Source: a virus
Lineage: Duplodnaviria; Caudoviricetes
Reading direction: 5' to 3' (one strand)
Virus record (IMG/VR): IMGVR_UViG_3300038336_000145
Span: 1-30,802 of that record
Length of the DNA: 30,802 nucleotides
Shown here: piece by piece, positions 24,634-30,802 of the stretch
How positions within the stretch are numbered: position 1 is the stretch's first letter
Layout: each line of letters opens with the position of its first letter
Notes under the pieces: model-generated
What the model was told of the DNA's origin: nothing
The model's input: the letters and a program-made list of their open reading frames with translations, nothing else
Databases searched by the model: none
Made by a program: the position numbers and the translations under genes

Positions 24634-24933
24634 ATGCCGCAATACCTTGTGACCGAGCCCCTGAAGCACAACGGCCAGAGCTACGGCCCCGGCAGCGACC
24701 AGGACACCGTGGAGATGGAGGCCAAGGCAGCCCGCGAGCTGCTCAAGCTGGGCGTGCTGGTCCTGGCCCCCAAGACCGCCGCCGCACAGCCCAAGAGTCA
24801 GGGCAAGCCGAAGCCCGAAGAAAAACCGAAGGACGAGGCCAAGTCCGCCGAGAAGGGCGGCGACGGCAAGGACGAGGCCAAGTCCGCCGAGAAGGGCGGC
24901 GACGGCAACGAGACTGACGGGGGAGGCGAGTAG
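24634..24933 (+). CDS. Small virion-associated protein at the Mu gp35 position, with low-complexity charged tail
   Basis: YLVTEPLKHNGQSYGPG..VEM....ARELLKLGVL domain followed by a K/E/G-rich tail. Confidence 0.75.
   Translation: MPQYLVTEPLKHNGQSYGPGSDQDTVEMEAKAARELLKLGVLVLAPKTAAAQPKSQGKPKPEEKPKDEAKSAEKGGDGKDEAKSAEKGGDGNETDGGGE
24829..24908 (+). repeat. Perfect 39-bp in-frame tandem duplication (KDEAKSAEKGGDG x2)
   Basis: aaggacgaggccaagtccgccgagaagggcggcgacggc at 24829-24867 and 24868-24906. Confidence 0.95.
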
Positions 24934-24936
24934 GCC

Positions 24937-25362
24937 ATGGCCTACGCCACCACGCAAGACATGGTGGCCCGGTTTGGTGAGGGCGAAGTTCGTGCCCTCA
25001 CCGACCGGGAGCACACCGGGAGCATCGACGAAGCCGTGTTGGCTCCGATCCTGGACGAGGCCACGGCGGAGATCGAGGGCCACCTGGCCGGGCGCTACGC
25101 CCTGCCTCTGGTGAATGTGCCGAGGCTTGTCACGGGCATCTGCTGCGACATCGCCCGCTACCGGCTCTCCGGCGCGGAGGTCCTGGAGACCGACCCCACG
25201 CGCAACCGCTACCGCGACGCCGTGCGCCTGTTGGAGCAGATCGGCGCGGGCAAGGTGGGCCTGGGACTGGACCAGGCTGGCCAGGCTGCGCCCACGTCCA
25301 CGAGCGTGCTGATCCAGCCCGGCGAACGCAGCTTCCCGCAGGGCAGCCTGGAGGACTACTAG
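24937..25362 (+). CDS. Head-tail connector (Mu gp36 / DUF1320)
   Basis: MAYATTQDM..RFGE.E..LTDR, GRYALPL, CCDIARYRL, RYRDAVRLL. Confidence 0.92.
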   Translation: MAYATTQDMVARFGEGEVRALTDREHTGSIDEAVLAPILDEATAEIEGHLAGRYALPLVNVPRLVTGICCDIARYRLSGAEVLETDPTRNRYRDAVRLLEQIGAGKVGLGLDQAGQAAPTSTSVLIQPGERSFPQGSLEDY

Positions 25363-25363
25363 C

Positions 25364-26002
25364 GTGGCCGACTTCACCTCCGAGATCACCATCGCTGCCA
25401 TCGAGGACGCCCTCAAGGCGCGCATCGAGCAGGCCAGCGCCTCGGGCGAGCTGGGCTACAAGCTGGCCGCCATCGGCACCTACGGCGGCGAGTTCGACGA
25501 CCTGGACAGCCTGGGCAAGGCCATGCGCGCCCTGCCCGCCGTGTGGGTGGTCCTGGCCGACTCCGGCAAGCCGGAACGCAAGGGGCCGGACAAGTGGCTG
25601 GTCCCGGCCACCTTCGCCATCATGGTGGGGGCGCGCAGCGTGCGCAACACGGAGGCCGCACGGCACGGGACACAGACGGCCAAGGGCGTGGAGCCCGGCA
25701 CCTACCGCCTGCGCGAGGACATGTGGAATCTCCTCGTGGGGCAGGACCTGGGCCTGGCCATCGACAACTTCAAGCCTGGCAAGACGCTGACCATCTTTCA
25801 GACCCGCGTCCAGAGCCAGGGAATTTCCGTGCTCGGCCTGGAGCTTCACACGGCGTTCGTCCGCACCGGCCAGGCCACCCTCCTGCTCGGCAAGGCCCCG
25901 GAGCTGGAACAGATCGGCATCAACTACGACCTCACCCCGCCGGGTGACGGCGAACCGGACGCAGTGGACCTCATCACCCTGCAACAGGGGGAGAGCGAAT
26001 GA
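25364..26002 (+). CDS. Tail completion protein (Mu gp37 / DUF1834)
   Basis: IAAIEDAL..RI, TYGGEFD, LPAVWV, ARSVR..EAARHG; synteny. Confidence 0.85.
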   Translation: MADFTSEITIAAIEDALKARIEQASASGELGYKLAAIGTYGGEFDDLDSLGKAMRALPAVWVVLADSGKPERKGPDKWLVPATFAIMVGARSVRNTEAARHGTQTAKGVEPGTYRLREDMWNLLVGQDLGLAIDNFKPGKTLTIFQTRVQSQGISVLGLELHTAFVRTGQATLLLGKAPELEQIGINYDLTPPGDGEPDAVDLITLQQGESE

Positions 26003-26007
26003 ATGCG

Positions 26008-26670
26008 TTAGCTGGATTTCTTGGCGCGACGCTCTGCCAACAGGCCGGGGAGAGTGAAGGCGTAAAGCAAGAACAACTCGGTGAACGACTTAAGCGCCTC
26101 GCAAGTTACCTTATCAAAGGCATCTTCTTCATGTGTGGCATCGTTACCGTCAAGTCGAATAGCATGAGCCCATTCTTTCATTGCTGGAGTAATCTCATGC
26201 TTCTCTGCGAGTTCGTTAATTCTAGCGTGAAGTTTCCCACTCGTCGAGCCAAGCTCCTTTGTCGCAATATCAAGTGTCTTGCGAAACATTGCACCAGATG
26301 CATCAAAGTTGCTTCGCTGAAAGCTGTCAACAGCCTGCATGTATATTCTAGAAATATTATTCGAAACATGATCTGGAGGCTCATTAACATGGCACTTTGG
26401 GTAGCACGCATAAACCTCATAGTATTTTTCAAATTCAGTCCCATTAGGTATGTTGTGAGGTGAAGATGGACATTGCTTCTTCATTTTAACAAGAAGAACA
26501 CAACCTCCAAGACAATTGTTACAATGTATAAATAGGTTATAAGTCGAAGATGCGATTGACCCATCAAAATTTTTATAAAAATCAAATTGCTGAATCACTG
26601 AGTCAGCAACAGATGTAAACAAAACTTTATCAGTATTGCAGTGTGGGCATCTCATTGAATAGACAGCCAT
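26008..26670 (-). CDS. DUF4145-like (HEPN-related) protein with N-terminal Zn-ribbon-like Cys pairs; accessory, antisense to the tail operon
   Basis: CPHC..CNNC; ASGAMFRKTLD, LHARINEL, WAHAIRLDGNDATH, LFLLYAFTLP; AT-rich; GAGG RBS before ATG 26670. Confidence 0.88.
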   Translation of the reverse strand: MAVYSMRCPHCNTDKVLFTSVADSVIQQFDFYKNFDGSIASSTYNLFIHCNNCLGGCVLLVKMKKQCPSSPHNIPNGTEFEKYYEVYACYPKCHVNEPPDHVSNNISRIYMQAVDSFQRSNFDASGAMFRKTLDIATKELGSTSGKLHARINELAEKHEITPAMKEWAHAIRLDGNDATHEEDAFDKVTCEALKSFTELFLLYAFTLPGLLAERRAKKSS

Positions 26671-26753
26671 GGCGCACCTCTTGGTCAACGATTCAACACG
26701 TAATCAACGAATATTCGACATACCCAATACCGTCAACAGCATAAGGAGTCCCC

Positions 26754-26933
26754 ATGATCGTCAAAGCCGCCTTTGGCCTGAAAGTGCCCAAGGAAGACAA
26801 ACCCCGCGAGTACATCACCGAGGATGTGGCCGTGGATGTGCCCGAAACCGCGTACTACCTGCGCCGCCTGGCCGAGGGCGACCTGCTGCCCGCGAAAAAG
26901 GCCGGCGCGAAGTCGACCACCGGAGGAGAGTAA
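26754..26933 (+). CDS. Mu gp38-like protein (DUF2635), 59 aa; not in the ORF track
   Basis: MIVKAAFGLKVPKEDKPREYI..VPETAYYLRRLAEGDL; AAGGAG RBS; directly upstream of the sheath gene. Confidence 0.88.
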   Translation: MIVKAAFGLKVPKEDKPREYITEDVAVDVPETAYYLRRLAEGDLLPAKKAGAKSTTGGE

Positions 26934-26936
26934 GCC

Positions 26937-28358
26937 ATGACCAGCCCGAACATCAGCTTCGACAAGATTCCGGCCAGCATCCGCAAGCCGGGCAAGTATT
27001 TCGAGTTCAACACCAAACTGGCGGTGCGCACCCTGCCCGCCAACGCGCAGCGCGTGCTCATTTTGGGCCAGCGCCTGGCCGAGGGCAGCGTGGCCGCCCT
27101 TGTGCCCACGCAGGTCTTCAGCGACGCCGAGGCCGCCGAGTGCTTCGGCCAGGGCAGCATGGCCCACCGCATGGTGCGCGCGGCCATCAAGGCCTTTGCG
27201 TACATCGACCTGACCTGCATGGCCCTGGACGATGCGGGCGCGGGCGTGGCCGCCACCGGCACCGCGACCCTGGCTGGAGCCGCCACCGGCTCCGGCGTGG
27301 CCACCGTGCAGGTGGGCATGGACCTGGTGCAGGTGGCCGTGGCCAGCGGCGACACCGCTGCGGATGTCTCCGCAGCGCTCAAGACCCAGGCCGACCAGCA
27401 GCCGGACCTGCCCGTGGCCTTTGCAGCGGCCGCCGGGGTGCTCACCCTCACGGCCTTGCACAAGGGCACCCTGGGCAACAGCATCAAGATCGCGGCCATC
27501 TGCACCGCCACCGGGCTCACCGCGAGCGTGACGGCCATGACGGGCGGCGCGACCGATCCGAGCCTGACCGAGGCCCTGGCCGCCATTGCCGGGGCCGGGC
27601 ACCACATCATCATCACCCCCTTTGCCGACCAGGCCAGCCTGACCGCCCTGCGCGACCATCTGGAGCTTGTGGGCGGCCCGCTGGAGCAACGCGGGGCCAT
27701 CGGCGCGTACGCCCTGGCCGGAACCCTGGCCACGGCAACCACCCTGGCCGGACAGGTCGACCATGGGCGCATCAGCGGCGCGCTCTTGCGCGGAGCCAGG
27801 CGTCTGCCCTGGGAGATCGCCGCCGCTTACGGCGCGGTCATCGCCAGCGAGGAAGACCCTGCCCGGCCGCTGAACACCCTGGAGCTGCTGGGCATCGACG
27901 CGCCGGACATTGGCCAGCGCCTCACGCGCACCGAGCAGGAGGTGCTGCTCAAGAACGGCGTCACCCCGCTGGAGGTCGGCCCCGGCGACCGCGTGCAGAT
28001 CGTGCGGGCCATCACCACCTACACCAAGGACGCGCAGGGCATCGATGACGTGAGCCTGCTCGACCTGACTTCCATCCGCACGCTGGACTACGTGCGCAAG
28101 GCCGTGCGCGAGCGCATCTCCTTACGCTTCCCGCGCGAGAAGCTGTCCGAGCGCACCGGCCCCAAGGTGCGCAGCGAGATCCTGGACGTGCTCGTCAAGC
28201 TGGAGGAGCTGGAGATAGTGGAAGCGGTGGAGGCCAACAAGGACGGGGTGATCTGCGAGCGCGACAGCCAGGACCCGAACCGGCTGAACGCCAAGATCCC
28301 CGTGGACATCGTCAACGGCCTGCACGTGTTCGCTGGCCGCATTGATCTGCTGCTGTAG
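26937..28358 (+). CDS. Tail sheath protein (Mu gpL family)
   Basis: ISFDKIPASIRKPGKYFEFN, FGQGSMAHRM, DPARPLNTLEL, LLKNGVTPL, IRTLDYVR. Confidence 0.96.
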   Translation: MTSPNISFDKIPASIRKPGKYFEFNTKLAVRTLPANAQRVLILGQRLAEGSVAALVPTQVFSDAEAAECFGQGSMAHRMVRAAIKAFAYIDLTCMALDDAGAGVAATGTATLAGAATGSGVATVQVGMDLVQVAVASGDTAADVSAALKTQADQQPDLPVAFAAAAGVLTLTALHKGTLGNSIKIAAICTATGLTASVTAMTGGATDPSLTEALAAIAGAGHHIIITPFADQASLTALRDHLELVGGPLEQRGAIGAYALAGTLATATTLAGQVDHGRISGALLRGARRLPWEIAAAYGAVIASEEDPARPLNTLELLGIDAPDIGQRLTRTEQEVLLKNGVTPLEVGPGDRVQIVRAITTYTKDAQGIDDVSLLDLTSIRTLDYVRKAVRERISLRFPREKLSERTGPKVRSEILDVLVKLEELEIVEAVEANKDGVICERDSQDPNRLNAKIPVDIVNGLHVFAGRIDLLL

Positions 28359-28392
28359 CCGCCCGTGAATGGGCGTTTAAGAGAGGTTCAAC

Positions 28393-28761
28393 ATGACCAT
28401 CGAATATACGGGCGCCATCGTCCTGTCCGTGGACGGCAAGGACTTTGATGTCGAATCCTGCGACGTGACGCGCAAGACTGGCCGCAAGGCCGTGAAGACC
28501 ATGAACCGCACCGGCAAGCCCAAGGGCTTTGCCAAAGGCGTGGCCGAGTTCAGTCTCAAGATCACCCTGCCGGTGACGCCGGGCGACCCGGAATGGGCCG
28601 ATGTCGAGAACGCCAAGATCACCCTTGAGCCGCTAAACACCGGGGACAAGCGCGTGAGCTACACCGGCTGCTTCACCACCGACGTGGGCGAAAAGTACCA
28701 GGTCGACGGCGAGGCCAAGCGCGACATCACCGTGGAAGCCCTGGACCGGAAGGTGGAATAA
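28393..28761 (+). CDS. Tail tube protein, 122 aa
   Basis: Follows the sheath gene; beta-rich; GRKAVKTMNRTGKPKGF. Confidence 0.8.
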   Translation: MTIEYTGAIVLSVDGKDFDVESCDVTRKTGRKAVKTMNRTGKPKGFAKGVAEFSLKITLPVTPGDPEWADVENAKITLEPLNTGDKRVSYTGCFTTDVGEKYQVDGEAKRDITVEALDRKVE

Positions 28762-28764
28762 GCC

Positions 28765-29271
28765 ATGAGCGATCTTCTCACCAAATTGAAGGCCGGGCGC
28801 GCAGCGCAGCGCCGCGTGACCCTGCCCAGCAAGGACGGCCAGGGCGTGGAGCTGGGCCTGCGCGTGCTCACCGAGGCCGACTACATGGAGGCGGGCCTGG
28901 CCGCCATCGAGACCCTGCGCGCGGCCGGGCACGAGGACGTGAACGTGGCCAACGCCGACCTGTACGAGCAGGCCAAGGTAACGGAGCTGCTTGCCCGCGC
29001 CCTGGTGGACCCGGCCACGGGCAAGCCCCTGGTGGAGAGCGCGGCGGAGCTGCGCGGCGCTCTCGCCCGCGCGGACAAGATGTTCCTCATCGACCAGTAC
29101 CTGGACCACGAGCGCGAGTATTCGCCCAGCGAGGTGAACATGAGCGCCGAGGACTTCGCCCAGCTGCTGGAGGACGTAAAAAAAAATCCCGCCACGCCTC
29201 GTTTGAGCGATTCCAGTACCGCCACGCTGAAAAGGCTCGTGCAGTCTTTGGCCGAGCCGGAAGCGAGCTGA
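28765..29271 (+). CDS. Tail assembly chaperone (lambda gpG analogue), 168 aa
   Basis: Lies between tube and tape measure genes; slippery A9 run near the 3' end. Confidence 0.8.
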   Translation: MSDLLTKLKAGRAAQRRVTLPSKDGQGVELGLRVLTEADYMEAGLAAIETLRAAGHEDVNVANADLYEQAKVTELLARALVDPATGKPLVESAAELRGALARADKMFLIDQYLDHEREYSPSEVNMSAEDFAQLLEDVKKNPATPRLSDSSTATLKRLVQSLAEPEAS

Positions 29272-29414
29272 CGCGGGGGCAGTGGCTGTATCTCCTGGCC
29301 ATGGCCCTGGCCGAGGCGGAGGACCTGAAGGAAGCCGCAGGCGGCAAGGGCACTAAGCGTTTCGTCGCCACCCGGCGCAAGAATAAACCGAACACCAAGA
29401 GGCCCCGACCGTGA
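29176..29414 (+). CDS. -1 frameshift extension of the tail assembly chaperone (gpGT analogue; fusion about 216 aa from 28765)
   Basis: GTA AAA AAA AAT (A9 at 29178-29186); -1 frame open to TGA 29412-29414, which overlaps the tape measure GTG. Confidence 0.75.
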
Positions 29415-30802
29415 GCAACAACCTGGCTGTGTTTCTGCGCTTGAATTGGGACGGTGGCCGCGTGGCCGCCGGGCTCGGCCAGGCCGAGGCCCAGCTGCGC
29501 AAGTTCAGCTCCGGGGCCTCGAAGCAGTTCCTGGGCCTGCGCAAGCACGCGCATGAGCTGTCCACGGCCATGGGCGGCTTCTCCAACATCTCGCGGCTGG
29601 CGGGCGGGTACCTGGGCCTCCAGGGCGCGCGCGCGGCCATCACCAGCAACCTGAACTTCGAGAAGACCCTGCTGGAGGCAAAGCAACTGGCGGAGATGAA
29701 CGCTGGCCAGGCCGCCCGTATGCGCGACATGGCCATCAACCTGTCCAGGAGCGGTCTGGCCAGCCCGCAGGAGAACGCCGAGGCCATCCAGACCCTGGCC
29801 AACGCGGGCATGCGGTTCGAGGCCATCGAGGGCACCATTGCCGAGGCCAACCGCTCGGCTGTGGCCTTCCGCAGCACGGTGAAGGACATCGCCAACATGG
29901 ACTTCGACCTACAGGAGAAGTTCAAGATCACCCCCGAGCAGCTCAAGGCCGTGCACAACATGCTCTACTACCACTCCAAGGCGGGCCGGTTCGAGGCCCA
30001 GAGCTTGAGCATGTTCGCGCCCAAGTTCCTGACCAAGCTGGCCCAGGTGGGCATCGGCGGCGTGCAGGGCGTCAACCTCACCGGCGCGATCCTCCAGGCC
30101 GTGCAAAAGGCCGCCCCGGCCACGGACCCGAGCACCACCGTGACCATGCTGGAGCACGGCATGGGGCACCTGTTCAACGCCCACGACAAGAAGAACATGC
30201 GGAAGTTCGCCAAGATCGACGTCCAGAAGTACACGCCCGGCGGCAAGTTCTACGGCGAGGGCGGCGTGCAGGGCATGCTCGACATGGCCCAGGCCATGAA
30301 GGGCGCGGGCCTCATGGACATGCACAAGCTGGGGCGCATCTTCCGCGAGCAGTACACGCAAACGTTCTGGTACCAGATCATGCAGAACCTGGACGAGGTG
30401 CGCGAGGCCATGCGCAAGGGCGACCAGGCCATGAACGCGGACACCATCGAGAAGGACTACAAGGAGGTCATGGGCTCCAACTTCGGCAAGGTGAAGCGCG
30501 CGCAGAACACCGTGGACCGGGCGGAGCTGGGCGGCGCGGCCACCGCTGGCACATCGGCCTGGGCGCGGATTGTGGAATACGCCTCGGAGAACCCCTTGCA
30601 GGCGGGAATGGGCGGCCTCGGCCTCTTGATGGCCGGACGCATGGGCTACAACCGGATGGTGAAGGGCAAGGGCGGCGGCGCGGGCGGCATCGCCGACGCG
30701 GCCATGGGCATGGCCGGGGTGCAGCGCGTCTTTGTCGTCAACATGCCCGGCGCGGCAGGCGTGGGCGGCGGCCAGCTGGCCCTGCCGCCCGGCGCTGGCT
30801 GG
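29411..30802 (+). CDS. Tail tape measure protein, truncated by the window end; not in the ORF track
   Basis: GTG AGC AAC AAC CTG.. (MSNNLAVFLRLNWDGGRV..) with a frame that appears open to the window edge; Ala/Gly-rich helical sequence; late QRVFVVNMPG motif. Confidence 0.9.
   Translation, partial: MSNNLAVFLRLNWDGGRVAAGLGQAEAQLRKFSSGASKQFLGLRKHAHELSTAMGGFSNISRLAGGYLGLQGARAAITSNLNFEKTLLEAKQLAEMNAGQAARMRDMAINLSRSGLASPQENAEAIQTLANAGMRFEAIEGTIAEANRSAVAFRSTVKDIANMDFDLQEKFKITPEQLKAVHNMLYYHSKAGRFEAQSLSMFAPKFLTKLAQVGIGGVQGVNLTGAILQAVQKAAPATDPSTTVTMLEHGMGHLFNAHDKKNMRKFAKIDVQKYTPGGKFYGEGGVQGMLDMAQAMKGAGLMDMHKLGRIFREQYTQTFWYQIMQNLDEVREAMRKGDQAMNADTIEKDYKEVMGSNFGKVKRAQNTVDRAELGGAATAGTSAWARIVEYASENPLQAGMGGLGLLMAGRMGYNRMVKGKGGGAGGIADAAMGMAGVQRVFVVNMPGAAGVGGGQLALPPGAGW

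Larger units (their letters stand above)
1..30802. mobile_element. Mu-like transposable prophage (contractile tail), partial; both ends outside the window
   Basis: MuA DDE transposase plus MuB ATPase, Gam, GemA, Mor-like regulator, lysis cassette and Mu-type head/tail genes in canonical Mu order. Confidence 0.97.

Noticed and set aside
13077-25425. Long minus-strand ORFs (13077-14603, 15972-17294, 22002-23642, 23665-25425)
   Set aside because: They are antisense shadows of GC-rich genes with strong codon bias and have no recognisable motifs.
25999-26463. 154-aa plus-strand ORF after gp37
   Set aside because: It is antisense to the DUF4145-like gene and starts at what looks like the leftover gp38 ATG. 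It may be translated incidentally, but nothing indicates a real protein.
26669-28048. 459-aa plus-strand ORF overlapping gp38 and the sheath gene
   Set aside because: It is an alternate frame of the sheath gene with Arg/Pro/Gly-rich composition typical of off-frame translation.
1-30802. Mu ends (5'-TG..CA with MuA sites), invertible tail-fibre segment, mom gene, tRNA/rRNA
   Set aside because: None is visible. The window starts at a gene stop and ends inside the tape measure gene, so these would lie outside it.

Overview
The window is the left ~30 kb of a transposable, Mu-like, contractile-tailed prophage in a GC-rich host (Desulfovibrionaceae-like is only my inference). Neither prophage end is visible. 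Gene order: leftward CI/LexA-type repressor with a coupled membrane-protein gene; rightward early operon (CII-like, Ner/Cro-like, MuA transposase, MuB ATPase, small regulators, Gam, GemA, Mor-like activator); lysis genes (endolysin, holin, Rz, embedded Rz1); Mu gp25-gp31-type packaging/head genes; protease/scaffold, capsid and neck; sheath, tube, chaperone with a -1 frameshift site; and a tape measure gene cut by the window edge. Three visibly AT-richer accessory loci interrupt the backbone (8.0-11.1, 18.2-21.9 and 26.0-26.75 kb). Main non-obvious signals: (1) a complete type II hammerhead ribozyme between gam and gemA; (2) a gapless 165-bp diverged direct repeat made of the gpG 3' end plus a promoter-like block, heading two stacked accessory cassettes, the second ending in a decayed pentapeptide-gene tail; (3) a 22-bp late-promoter motif shared by the lysis and protease operons; (4) structured 5' leaders on the early and lysis operons; (5) an antisense DUF4145/HEPN-like gene inserted at the gp37/gp38 ATGA junction. 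All family assignments come from motifs and synteny read by eye, with no database search.
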